DNA of 64,000 bases from Burkholderiaceae bacterium (lineage in GTDB: Bacteria; Pseudomonadota; Gammaproteobacteria; Burkholderiales; Burkholderiaceae_C): contig JACKLO010000025.1 in assembly GCA_024235915.1 (NCBI GenBank), forward strand, positions 3,554-67,553, written 5' to 3'. The position numbers and the translations under genes were made by a program. Below are positions 18,934-28,353 of this stretch, one piece after another. The notes below the pieces were generated by a model. That model made no database searches, was not told where the DNA came from, and was given only the letters and a program-made list of their open reading frames with translations. Position 1 is the stretch's first letter. Every line of letters begins with the position of its first letter.

Positions 18934-20401
18934 GCGCCGGCATGACGTCGATGCACTTGCCGATCACGTTGTCGATGCCCTGCAGGTACTCGGCGATGTC
19001 CTGTTCCGGGAACACGTCGACCAGCGGGTTGTAGCCCTGCGGGCGCAGGCCCTGGCCGTGCATCACCTGCAGCCAGCCGACCTCGGTGAACAGCTCGGCC
19101 GCCTCGCGGAAGATGCGGCCGTGGCTCTGGAACAGCGCCATGCGCTGCGCCAGGGACTCGGGCACCTCCATGTCGCGGCAGCGGCGCCAGAAGGCGGTGT
19201 CGCTGCGCTCGGTGAGCTTGTAGTGCAGGATGATGAAATCACGGATGCGCGTGAACTCGAAGTTCATCTGCGCATTGAAGGCGTCGACATCCACCCGGCT
19301 GAAGTCGGCCGCCGGGAAGAAGGTCAACAGCTTGTTGATGCCGGTCTGGATCAGGTGGATGGACGTGGATTCCAGCGGCTCCAGGAAACCTGCGGCCAGG
19401 CCGATGGCGACCACGTTGCGGTTCCAGTGCTTGCGCCGCATGCCGGTGCGGAACGGGATCGTGCGCGGCTCGGCCAGCGGCTCACCGTCCAGGTGCTTCA
19501 GCAGGATGGCCGTGGCCTCGTCGGCGCTCATGTGCTGGCTGCTGTACACATGGCCGTTGCCGGTGCGGTGCTGCAGCGGAATGCGCCACTGCCAGCCGGC
19601 GCCGTGCGCGGTGGAGCGGGTGTAGGGCGTCAGCGGGTCCACGCGCGCGCAGGGCACGGCAATGGCGCGGTCGCAGGGCAGCCAGTGCGTCCAGTCCTCG
19701 TAGCCGGTGCCCAGCGCCTGCTCGATCAGCAGGCCGCGGAAGCCGGAGCAGTCGACGAACAGTTCACCCTCGACCCGCGTGCCGTCGCGCAGCCGCAGCG
19801 CCTGCACAAAGCCACTGGCGGGGTCCAGCAGCACCTCGTCGATGTGGCCTTCGAGGCGACGCACCCCGCGCCCCTCGGCGTGGCGGCGCAGGTAGCGTGC
19901 GTAGAGGCCGGCGTCGAAGTGAAAGGCGTAGGCGATCTGCGCCAGCGGTGAGTTGGGCAGGTCGGCCGGCGGCCGCATGAAGCGGTTGGCGCGGCAGGCG
20001 CGCCGCGTGATGGAGTACTGCTCCAGGTCCGGCGCCTTGCCCGCCAGGTGCATCTTGAGCCAGTACTGGTAGAACTCGGTGGTCCACAGCTGCTGGCCGA
20101 ATTCACCGAAGCCGTGGATGTAGCGCCGGCCCAGGCCGCCCCAGTCGACGAACTCGATGCCGAGCTTGAAGCTGCCCTGGGTCTCGCGGACGAACTCGTC
20201 CTCGTCCAGCCCCAGGATGCGGTTGAACAGCCGGATCGGCGGGATGGTGGCCTCGCCGACACCGACGGTGCCGATGTCGTCCGACTCCACCAGCGTGATG
20301 TCCACCCGCCCCTGCAGGACCTTGGACATCATGGCCGCGGCCATCCAGCCCGCCGTGCCGCCGCCGACGATGACCACCTTGCGGATCAGTGCCGATTCCA
20401 T
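18890..20401 (-). CDS. Flavin-dependent tryptophan halogenase family protein
   Basis: GGGTAGW FAD motif, GVGEATIP, FKLGI (catalytic Lys equivalent), HFDA, WQWRIP, FLEPLESTSIH. Confidence 0.93.
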   Translation of the reverse strand: MESALIRKVVIVGGGTAGWMAAAMMSKVLQGRVDITLVESDDIGTVGVGEATIPPIRLFNRILGLDEDEFVRETQGSFKLGIEFVDWGGLGRRYIHGFGEFGQQLWTTEFYQYWLKMHLAGKAPDLEQYSITRRACRANRFMRPPADLPNSPLAQIAYAFHFDAGLYARYLRRHAEGRGVRRLEGHIDEVLLDPASGFVQALRLRDGTRVEGELFVDCSGFRGLLIEQALGTGYEDWTHWLPCDRAIAVPCARVDPLTPYTRSTAHGAGWQWRIPLQHRTGNGHVYSSQHMSADEATAILLKHLDGEPLAEPRTIPFRTGMRRKHWNRNVVAIGLAAGFLEPLESTSIHLIQTGINKLLTFFPAADFSRVDVDAFNAQMNFEFTRIRDFIILHYKLTERSDTAFWRRCRDMEVPESLAQRMALFQSHGRIFREAAELFTEVGWLQVMHGQGLRPQGYNPLVDVFPEQDIAEYLQGIDNVIGKCIDVMPAHADFIAQHCAAAAP

Positions 20402-20446
20402 GGAAACAGACCTCGTGCGCGTATGAAGAACGGCCCGCAGAAAGGC

Positions 20447-20518
20447 GCGGGCCCCTGCCAGTGTGGCACCGGCAGGGGCCCGCGTCGTGGGGCCAGCAGG
20501 GGCCCGCGTCGTGGGGCC
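20447..20518. repeat. Intergenic hairpin with tandemly duplicated arm (24 bp period)
   Basis: CGCGGGCCCCTGCC pairs with GGCAGGGGCCCGCG (20447-20484); GCAGGGGCCCGCGTCGTGGGGCC occurs at 20472-20494 and 20496-20518. Confidence 0.7.
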
Positions 20519-20532
20519 GGCTCAGCGCCGCA

Positions 20533-23334
20533 TCAGAGCTTGTAGTTCAGGCCGAACAGGTAGGTCTTGCCGTAGCGCACACGCTCGACGATGTTGCCGG
20601 TGTCGCCGTTGTAGCGCTTGAACTCCGAGTTCGTCAGGTTGTTGCCCTGGAACAGCAGCGACAGGCCCTTGAAGATGCCGGTCTGGAATTCGTAGCCGAG
20701 CTGCAGATCGACAACCGTCTCGGCAGAGACGAAGGTCAGCTGGCGGTTGTCCTGGAAGTCGGTGATCTCGCCCAGGAACGACGAGCGGCTGCGCGCACCC
20801 AGCGACACCTGGAAGCCCGACTTCTCGTAGTACAGGCGCAGGTTGGTCACTTCACGCGACAGGCCCGGCAGCGGCAGGTTGCCGGCGCCGACGTCGTTGA
20901 CGTTCAGGCCACCCGGGGGCAGGCTGACCGAACTGTCGGTGTTCGAGTAGTTCACCTGCACGCCGAAACCTTCCAGCGCCGGCGTCAGCATGCTGAAGGG
21001 CAGCGACAGCGCCACTTCCACACCGCTCAGGTTGCCACCCGTGCCGTTCACCGGCTGCGTGAAGTACACGTTGTCGAACGGCACGCTGCCCGGGACGCCG
21101 AACTCCTCCACCGGGATCGCCTTGGTCTGGCGGATCACGTAGGTGCTCAGGTCCTTGTAGAAGCCGGCGACGCTGACGTAGCCCTTGTTGCCGAAGTACT
21201 TCTCGTACGACAGGTCCAGCGCGTTGGCCTGGAACGGCTTCAGCCAGGGGTTGCCGCCGCTGCCTTCCAGGCGAGGGCCACCGCCGTCGGTGGGCGCGTT
21301 GTTCAGCGAGAAGGTCGCCGAGCCGCGCATGTCGGCCATGCTCGGGCGCGACTGCACCTTGGCCAGGCCCATGCGCAGCACCTGGTCGCTGCCCAGGTCC
21401 ATCGACAGGTTCAGGCTCGGCAGCACGTCGTTGTAGCTGGTGCCGTTCTCGATGCGCGTGGCCGGGCAGGTCTCGGGCGTGTTGCCGGTGCAGGTGGCGG
21501 CGTCGAGGTAGTAGCCGACACCGCTTTGCTTGGTCGACACGAACTGCACACCCACGTTGCCCAGCACGGCACGGCCGAAGAGCTCGGTCTCCACCGCGCC
21601 CTTGGCGAACAGCGTGGTCAGCTTCTCGTTGACCGACCAGTCCTTGTTCAGGATGTCGCGGTCCACCTTCGGCGGCAGGTCATAGATGCTGCCCAACGAA
21701 CCCTGCGGGTTCCAGGAGATCACCGACAGGCCCGTGGTGCCGGCGATGGCGGTGCCAGAGCTGGGCACGTTGGCCGCGCCGTATGGGTCGGTCGTGCCGG
21801 CGATCACCAGGCGACCTTCGTTGGCCGTGTGGATCTTGTCGCGTTCCTGCAGGTTGGCGCCGATCTGCAGTTCGGTCACCGGGCCCCACTCGACGGCACG
21901 CTTGCCCGACAGGCGGGTGGCGGAGATCTTGTCGATGGTGGTGGGCAGCGCCACGTAGCCGGCCTGCGGCGAGCTTTCGCCACCGCTCCAGCCCATCACG
22001 TCGGTCAGCTTGATGATCGACGGGTCGGCGTAGTTCAGGCTGGTGCTGTACTGCACCTGGTCGTGGTTGCCGCCGTTGAAGCCGGTCCAGGAGATCGTGC
22101 CCACGTTGGCCGCGTAGGCCGGCAGGTTGGCGTTACCCACCTGGCCCGCCGTGGTCTCGTAGCGCGTGCCCAGACGCTTGACCTTGGACTGCGACAGGTC
22201 CAGCTCCGCCGTCCAGTCGGCCACCTTCAACTTGTTGTTCCAGCCGAAGGAATCCAGCTTGTCCTCGACGCGCTCGTCGTGGTTGCGGACCACGCCCTTG
22301 TAGTTGGTGATCGTGCCCGCCGTGGCCACGCCGTCCACCACGGTGGCGTTGATCAGCTGGCCTGCCGGGTCGTAGCCGCCGGCGGACTGGCCGCCGATGG
22401 CGCCTTCGAGGCCCTTCTTGCTGATCCTGAAGTCACCCTTGGAGCTGAACAGGTCCAGCACCGACTCGAAGCTCTTGTTCGGCTTGAACTGCAGCACGGC
22501 CATCAGGCCGTCGCGGGTGAAGGTCGTGCTCTCGGTGTCGGCCGTGAAACCGCCCGGGGTCTTGACCATCTGGCCGTTGTAGTCCACCTCAGGCGTCCAG
22601 CCGCCCCAGGAGTTGAACTTCTGCTGCTCGGCACCCTTGTCGTTGAAGCGCGCGAAGCCCAGCGCCACACCGATGGTGCGGTCGGCGAACTGGTCGATGT
22701 AGGACAGCGACGCGCGGTCACCATCACCTTCCTCGGCGCCCGAGTCCACGCCGCTGCGCTGCTTGCGGAAGTTCACGGCCACCGTGCGCTTGCCGAAGTC
22801 CAGCGGGCGCACGGTGCGCAGGTCGATCGTCGAGGCCAGGCCCTGGTTCATCAGGCCGGCATCGGGCGTCTTGTAGATGACGACCTGGCCCAGCAGCTCG
22901 GACGGGAACTGGTCGAACTCCACGCCGCGGCTGTCGCTGGTGGAGGCCTGCTCACGGCCATTGAGCGTGCCGGCGTTGAAGTCGGCCGACATGCCGCGCA
23001 CGCTGATCGACGACGCGCGACCGGTGCTCTTGTTGCGCTGGGCGGTCACACCGGGCAGGCGCGCCACGGATTCGGCGATGCTGGGGTCGGGCAGCTTGCC
23101 GATGTCTTCGGCGCTGATGGCCTCGACGATGCCTTCGGCATTCTTCTTGGTGCTGATGGCACTTTCGATGGCGGCACGGATGCCGGTCACCGTGATCGTC
23201 TGCGTGGTCGTCGCTTCCTGCGCCAGCACGGCGCCGGACGCCAGCAGCATGGCCGCACCGGCCACGGCGGTCAGCGCCGGCAGGCCGGCGGACGAACGAT
23301 TGGCGCGCACGCGCCGCGAAGGATGGGTGGTCAC
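20533..23334 (-). CDS. TonB-dependent receptor (carbohydrate-type, MalA-like)
   Basis: TonB box TITVTG, AEDIGKLPD.SIAESVARLPGV plug, LPSLN, GNPWLKPF, terminal GLNYKL; GTG start with AGGAG RBS. Confidence 0.93.
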   Translation of the reverse strand: MTTHPSRRVRANRSSAGLPALTAVAGAAMLLASGAVLAQEATTTQTITVTGIRAAIESAISTKKNAEGIVEAISAEDIGKLPDPSIAESVARLPGVTAQRNKSTGRASSISVRGMSADFNAGTLNGREQASTSDSRGVEFDQFPSELLGQVVIYKTPDAGLMNQGLASTIDLRTVRPLDFGKRTVAVNFRKQRSGVDSGAEEGDGDRASLSYIDQFADRTIGVALGFARFNDKGAEQQKFNSWGGWTPEVDYNGQMVKTPGGFTADTESTTFTRDGLMAVLQFKPNKSFESVLDLFSSKGDFRISKKGLEGAIGGQSAGGYDPAGQLINATVVDGVATAGTITNYKGVVRNHDERVEDKLDSFGWNNKLKVADWTAELDLSQSKVKRLGTRYETTAGQVGNANLPAYAANVGTISWTGFNGGNHDQVQYSTSLNYADPSIIKLTDVMGWSGGESSPQAGYVALPTTIDKISATRLSGKRAVEWGPVTELQIGANLQERDKIHTANEGRLVIAGTTDPYGAANVPSSGTAIAGTTGLSVISWNPQGSLGSIYDLPPKVDRDILNKDWSVNEKLTTLFAKGAVETELFGRAVLGNVGVQFVSTKQSGVGYYLDAATCTGNTPETCPATRIENGTSYNDVLPSLNLSMDLGSDQVLRMGLAKVQSRPSMADMRGSATFSLNNAPTDGGGPRLEGSGGNPWLKPFQANALDLSYEKYFGNKGYVSVAGFYKDLSTYVIRQTKAIPVEEFGVPGSVPFDNVYFTQPVNGTGGNLSGVEVALSLPFSMLTPALEGFGVQVNYSNTDSSVSLPPGGLNVNDVGAGNLPLPGLSREVTNLRLYYEKSGFQVSLGARSRSSFLGEITDFQDNRQLTFVSAETVVDLQLGYEFQTGIFKGLSLLFQGNNLTNSEFKRYNGDTGNIVERVRYGKTYLFGLNYKL

Positions 23335-23554
23335 CTGCTGTCTCCTGGTCGACTGGTAAGCGCTTTCGCCACGGCCTGGCAACCGGAGCGGAGCGGAGAG
23401 TTCGGTCGACTTTGTATCAAAACTAGCTACATCTTCGACCTTAGGTAAACCCTAGGTGGTGTCGCATTTTTGTCAATTCTGAAGAAACTTCAGCCAAATC
23501 CCAGCGTAAACCCGGTGCGACGACACGCCCAAAGGCCAGGTCTGGCCGTGAGAA

Positions 23555-23569
23555 TGTAGTGGGACTACA
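23555..23569. promoter_or_regulatory. Putative HexR-type operator
   Basis: Perfect palindrome TGTAGT-GGG-ACTACA in the divergent TBDR/amylase promoter region; related sites at 29448 and 29535. Confidence 0.7.
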
Positions 23570-23585
23570 CGAATGGACATCGCGT

Positions 23586-26240
23586 TTGACTTCAGCCCCG
23601 CTTCGACAGTCGCCCCTCTGGCCTGGCGTGGCACGCGCTGGCCTGGCGTTGCTGCTCGGGACCGCTGGCGCATGGGCAGGTGCGGCCGACGGCCCGCTGC
23701 ACCGGCCGTCGCCCGACTGGCGCGACCAGGTGCTCTATTTCGTGCTCACGGACCGCTTCGACAACGGCGAGCCGCGCAACGACGACCAGGGCGCCGGCGA
23801 GTTCGACCCCTCCCGCGCCGACCGCTACAGCGGCGGCGACCTCGCCGGCGTGCAGCGGCGTCTGGGCTACCTGCAGGGCCTGGGTGTCACTGGCCTGTGG
23901 CTCACGCCCTGGGTGGCCAACCAGTGGCTGGACGGCGCCTACGCCGGTTACCACGGCTACTGGGCCAGCGACTTCACGGCCGTGGACCCGCACCAGGGCC
24001 ATCTGGCGGACTTGCAGGCGCTCTCCCGCGACCTGCATGCCCGCGACATGCTGCTGGTGCAGGACATCGTGGTGAACCACGTCGGCAACTTCTTCGACAT
24101 CGCCCCCGGCACCGACCTGTCCACGCCCGAGACGGCGGCCCTCGGCTGGCGCGCGAACCCGGCGTCCAAGCCGAGCGCCGCGCCCACGCAGCCCCCTCTC
24201 CACCTGAACGACCCGCGCCGCGCCGCCGACCGCGCCGCCGCCGTCTACCACTGGACGCCGCCGGTGGCCGACTACACCAACCGGCAGCAGAAACTGACCT
24301 GGCAGATGTCGCGCCTGGACGACCTGAACACGGAGAACCCCGCCGTGCGCCAGGCGCTGCGGCGCAGCTACGGGCAGTGGATCCGCGACGCCGGCGTCGA
24401 CGCCTTCCGCGTGGACACGGCGTTCTACGTGCCGCCGGACTTCTTCACCGACTTCCTGCACGCCGACGACCCGGCCGCGCCCGGCATCCTGGCCGTGGCG
24501 CGTGGCACCGGTCGCACCGACTTCCATGTCTTCGGCGAAGGCTTCGGCATCGACCGCGCCGGCGAGGACGTGCAGATGCGCCGCATCGAGTCCTACATGA
24601 CCGCGGCAGACGGTGCACCCATCCTGCCCGGCATGCTGAACTTCCCGCTCTACGGCGCCCTGGGCGACGTGTTCGCGCGCGGCCGCCCGCCGGCGGAACT
24701 GGGCTGGCGCATCGCGCGCACGATGGCGTTGCACGCGCGGCCGCACCGCATGCCCAGCTTCGTCGACAACCACGATGTCGACCGCTTTCTGGCGGCCGGC
24801 ACACCGCGGGGCCTGCGCCAGGCGCTGCTGGCGATGTTCACGCTGCCCGGCATCCCGGTGATCTACCAGGGCACGGAGCAGGGTTTCACGCAGCCGCGCG
24901 CGTCCATGTTCGCCGCCGGCTGGGGTTCGGGCGGGCGCGACCACTTCGATGCCGAGGCGCCGCTGTACCGCCACATCACCGCGCTGGCCGCGCTGCGGCG
25001 CACGCACCGTGCACTCTCCCGCGGCACGCCCACCGTGCTGCACGCCGACGCGACAGGGCCCGGCGTCATCGCCTGGCGCATGGATGCCCCCGCCAGCGAT
25101 GGCCCGCCGATGCTGGTGGCGATCAACACCGCGGCGCACCCGGCACTGGTCGAGGCGCTGCCGCTGACCGCAGGCACGGTCCTGACGCCCGCCTGGACCG
25201 ACGGCGAACCGCCCATCACCCGGGCCCGCCCGGACGGCGGCGTCACGCTGCGCCTGGCGCCAGGTGCCGCCGCGGTGTGGTCCCTTCAGGGCGAGGTACC
25301 AGGCGCACCGACCGCCGCCGTGGCGCCGCCGACGCTGCTGTCCCCATCTGCGGGCAAGCCCGACCCGGCGCGCGCGGCAGGCGATCTGCAGCTGTCGGGC
25401 CAAGCCGCACCGGGTGCGCGCCTTCGGCTGGCCGTCGATGGTGCCTTGGCGGATGGCGAGCCGGTAACGGCCGATGCCCAGGGTCTTTTCCAGGTCCGCA
25501 TTGACACCGCCGCCATGGTCGATCCGGCACTCACCCACCGCGCCGCGGTGGTGGACGAAGCCAGCGGCCTGGCCTCGGCACCGGTGCCCTTCCAGGTTGA
25601 ACGCCCATGGCGGCTGCTGGCCGACGTGCAAGATCCGGTGGGCGACGACCACGGCATCGGCGCCGGCGCCGGCCACCTGCGCTACCCGCTGGACCCCAGT
25701 TGGGGCGCGAACCGCCAGCTGGACCTGACACGTGTGCGCGCCTGGGGTGCTGGCGGCGCGCTGCGGCTGGCGCTCGGCCTGCACCGCCTCACCCGCAGCT
25801 GGAACCCGGCCAACGGCTTCGACCACGTGGCCTTCACGATCTTCATCGAGCTGCCGGGTGAACCCGGCGGCGCCACCGTGATGCCGGGGCAGGACAGCCA
25901 GCTGCCCGACGGCCTGCGCTGGCACCGGCGGCTGCGCCTGCATGGCTGGTCGAATGCGCTGTTCAGCGCCGAAGGCGCCAGCGCCAGCCACGAAGGCACG
26001 CCCATCGGGCCGGCGCCGGTGCTGCGCGCCGACGCCGACCATCACACCCTTGAGCTCACGCTGCCCCCTGCCGCCCTGGGCGGGCGGCGCGATCTGCACG
26101 GCGTGCGGATCTGGGTCACCACCTGGGACTGGGACGGCGGCTACCGCGCCCTGCAGGCCGAGCCCGGCGGCCACCATTTCGGCGGCCCTGCCGGCACCCC
26201 GAAGGTGATGGACAGCAGCGCCATCATCACGCTGCCCTGA
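23586..26240 (+). CDS. Exported GH13 alpha-amylase/pullulanase-like with C-terminal glucodextranase (DOMON-like) domain
   Basis: Signal-like N-terminus, DWRDQVLYFVLTDRF, GYHGYW, DIVVNH, DAFRVDT, FGE, FVDNHD; C-terminal DPVGDD..FDHVAFTIFI; start uncertain (TTG 23586 chosen). Confidence 0.85.
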   Translation: MTSAPLRQSPLWPGVARAGLALLLGTAGAWAGAADGPLHRPSPDWRDQVLYFVLTDRFDNGEPRNDDQGAGEFDPSRADRYSGGDLAGVQRRLGYLQGLGVTGLWLTPWVANQWLDGAYAGYHGYWASDFTAVDPHQGHLADLQALSRDLHARDMLLVQDIVVNHVGNFFDIAPGTDLSTPETAALGWRANPASKPSAAPTQPPLHLNDPRRAADRAAAVYHWTPPVADYTNRQQKLTWQMSRLDDLNTENPAVRQALRRSYGQWIRDAGVDAFRVDTAFYVPPDFFTDFLHADDPAAPGILAVARGTGRTDFHVFGEGFGIDRAGEDVQMRRIESYMTAADGAPILPGMLNFPLYGALGDVFARGRPPAELGWRIARTMALHARPHRMPSFVDNHDVDRFLAAGTPRGLRQALLAMFTLPGIPVIYQGTEQGFTQPRASMFAAGWGSGGRDHFDAEAPLYRHITALAALRRTHRALSRGTPTVLHADATGPGVIAWRMDAPASDGPPMLVAINTAAHPALVEALPLTAGTVLTPAWTDGEPPITRARPDGGVTLRLAPGAAAVWSLQGEVPGAPTAAVAPPTLLSPSAGKPDPARAAGDLQLSGQAAPGARLRLAVDGALADGEPVTADAQGLFQVRIDTAAMVDPALTHRAAVVDEASGLASAPVPFQVERPWRLLADVQDPVGDDHGIGAGAGHLRYPLDPSWGANRQLDLTRVRAWGAGGALRLALGLHRLTRSWNPANGFDHVAFTIFIELPGEPGGATVMPGQDSQLPDGLRWHRRLRLHGWSNALFSAEGASASHEGTPIGPAPVLRADADHHTLELTLPPAALGGRRDLHGVRIWVTTWDWDGGYRALQAEPGGHHFGGPAGTPKVMDSSAIITLP

Positions 26241-26268
26241 CGTCGACGGCCAAGGCCTGCCCCACCCC

Positions 26269-27609
26269 ATGAAACCCCGCCTGGCCCTGGTGGCCGTGCC
26301 GCTGTTCCTGGAACTCGGCCTGGGCATGGCCGTGGGTCTGGCCGGGACGGCGCTGGCCGCGCGGCAGGCCGACGACGCCGCCGCAGGCTTCGCCCTGGCG
26401 CACCAGGTGGCGGCCATGCTCTTCATCGTGCTGCGCATCGTCGGCGCCGGCGTCTCGGTGGTGGTGGCCCAGGCCCTGGGGGCCGGCCGCCGCGCGGAAG
26501 CGGATGCCGTGGCGCGCGCCGTGCTGGGCGCCAGCAGCTGGGTCGGCGGCGGCTGCGCGCTGGCGGCGGTGTGGGGCGCCGAGGCGTTGATGCGCGGGCT
26601 CAACGCACCGCCGCCGGTGCTGGCCCTTGCGGCGCCGCTGCTGCAGTGGATGGCGCCGGCCCTGTTGCTGGACGCCTGGAACGCCGCCATGGCCAGCGTG
26701 ATGCGCGCCCACCTGCGCGCGCGCGAGGTGCTGGGCGTGGTGCTCGCCATGCATGCGCTGCACCTGGTGCTGGCGCTGTGGTGGATGCCGCGCTTCGGGT
26801 TGGCGGGTTTTGCCGCGGCGCTGGCGGCCAGCCGGGTGCTGGGGCTGGTGCTGCACCTGTGGCTGTGGCGGCGGCAGCTGCGGCTGGTGCCACGCGCCGA
26901 AGACCTGTGGCGGTTGCCTCGGCGCGAACTGGCAGCGGTGCTGCGCATCGGTCTGCCTGGCGCGGCGGAGAACGCCGCCTACCGGCTGGCCTTCGTGGTC
27001 AGCGTCGCGGCGGTGGGCACGCTGGGCGCGTCGGCGCTGGCCACCCAGGCCTATGTGCTGCAGTTCAACCACTTCACCTTGCTGGCCGGGCTGGCCATCG
27101 GCCTGGGCGGCGAGGTGGTGGTCGGCCACCACATCGGCAGTGGCCGCCTGCACGCAGCACACCGGCTGGTCAAACGCGCGCTGGCCCTGGGGTTGGTGAT
27201 CAGCCTGGTGGTGGCCGGTGCCGCCGCGCTGGCCGCACCGATGCTGCTGCGCCTGTTCACCCAGGACCCGGCCATCCTGGCCACCGGGGCCACGCTGATG
27301 GCCTGGTCGGTGCTGCTGGAACCGGGACGCACCTTCAACCTGGTGGTGATCAACGCCCTGCGCGCCGCCGGTGATGCGCGGTTCCCGGTGGCCGTGGGCG
27401 CGGTGTCGATGGCGGTGGTGCTGGCCGGTGGCAGCTGGTGGCTGGGCGTGCACCTGGGCTGGGGGCTGGTGGGGGTGTGGATCGCCTACGCCGCCGACGA
27501 GTGGCTGCGCGGGCTGCTGATGTGGTGGCGCTGGCGGCGCCTGGCCTGGGTGCCGGCCGCGCGGGCGTCGCGGCGCAGGCTGCGCGCGCTACAACGGCAG
27601 GCGGGCTGA
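26269..27609 (+). CDS. MATE family efflux transporter
   Basis: ~12 TM segments; VPLFLEL, AQALGAG, IGLPGAAE, ALRAAGDARFP, DEWLRG. Confidence 0.88.
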   Translation: MKPRLALVAVPLFLELGLGMAVGLAGTALAARQADDAAAGFALAHQVAAMLFIVLRIVGAGVSVVVAQALGAGRRAEADAVARAVLGASSWVGGGCALAAVWGAEALMRGLNAPPPVLALAAPLLQWMAPALLLDAWNAAMASVMRAHLRAREVLGVVLAMHALHLVLALWWMPRFGLAGFAAALAASRVLGLVLHLWLWRRQLRLVPRAEDLWRLPRRELAAVLRIGLPGAAENAAYRLAFVVSVAAVGTLGASALATQAYVLQFNHFTLLAGLAIGLGGEVVVGHHIGSGRLHAAHRLVKRALALGLVISLVVAGAAALAAPMLLRLFTQDPAILATGATLMAWSVLLEPGRTFNLVVINALRAAGDARFPVAVGAVSMAVVLAGGSWWLGVHLGWGLVGVWIAYAADEWLRGLLMWWRWRRLAWVPAARASRRRLRALQRQAG

Positions 27610-28335
27610 CAGCGGCGGCACGGGCAGGCCGTCGACCAGGCGCTGGTCGTGCGCATAGCCTGCATGCTCGCGCACCCGCCAATCGGCGCGTCCGAAGTGC
27701 CGGCGCAGCGCTTGGACGACGGCGCCGAAGTGGTGGCCCTCGTCCGCGTTGCTGTCCAGGTGCCGCAGCCCAGGCTGCGGCCGGGCCAGGAGGTCGACAA
27801 TGGCCGCGGCCGTGTCGGTCATGAAGGAGCAAGCGGGCCGCCAGGCGGTGCTGGCCGCGACTTCACCCTCGCGCTGCTGCCAGCCGTCGAGCTGCACCAG
27901 CATGTTGTTGCCCGGTCGTTCGGGGTCGATCTGCCAGCCGATGCGCAGCACGCTGGCCTGCGGATGGGCCGTCTGCACCGCGTCCTCGCACCGGATCTTG
28001 CTGCGGCCATAGTCGTCGCGTGCCGTGCGTGGGTCGCCCGGCCGGTGCGGCCCGTCGGGCTCCGCATCGAACACCATCGCGGTGCTGGTGAACACCATCG
28101 GCAGCCCCGCCGCCGCGGCGTGGCCCGCCAGCAGGCCGGCCCAGGCCTCGCCCCCCATCGCCAGGTGGGCGATGGCATCGAGCCGCTCGCTCTGCAGCCA
28201 GGCCAACGCGCAGCCAGCATCGTCGGGCGGCACGGCCTGGCGGTCCCAACCCGTCACCGTCCATCCCGCCGCTGCCGCGGCTTCGGCCACGCGCGGGGCC
28301 AGGGTGCCGTTCAGGCCCGTGATCAGCAAGCGCAT
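27589..28335 (-). CDS. Extended SDR / RmlD-like NAD(P)-dependent oxidoreductase
   Basis: ITGLNGTLA Rossmann motif, STAMVFD, YGRSK (YxxxK). Confidence 0.8.
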   Translation of the reverse strand: MRLLITGLNGTLAPRVAEAAAAAGWTVTGWDRQAVPPDDAGCALAWLQSERLDAIAHLAMGGEAWAGLLAGHAAAAGLPMVFTSTAMVFDAEPDGPHRPGDPRTARDDYGRSKIRCEDAVQTAHPQASVLRIGWQIDPERPGNNMLVQLDGWQQREGEVAASTAWRPACSFMTDTAAAIVDLLARPQPGLRHLDSNADEGHHFGAVVQALRRHFGRADWRVREHAGYAHDQRLVDGLPVPPLSARLPL

Positions 28336-28353
28336 GACGGCCCGGCCACCCCG

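Noticed and set aside
18890-20401. Halogenase as part of a pyrrolnitrin/rebeccamycin-type biosynthetic cluster
   Set aside because: No prnB-D, NRPS/PKS or flavin reductase nearby; the context is sugar uptake.
20472-20518. Tandem 24 bp repeat as a possible CRISPR array
   Set aside because: Only two adjacent units, no spacers, no cas genes.
20389-23448. Long antisense/alternative-frame ORFs (e.g. 1019 aa opposite the TBDR, 1118 aa at 23592-26948, 720 aa opposite metH)
   Set aside because: Shadow ORFs expected from high-GC codon bias; they fully overlap genes with clear family motifs and have no motifs of their own.
23413-23460. TGTATCAAAACTAGCTACA and TAGGTAAACCCTA as extra operators
   Set aside because: Degenerate matches with inconsistent spacing; cannot be assigned to a regulator from sequence alone.
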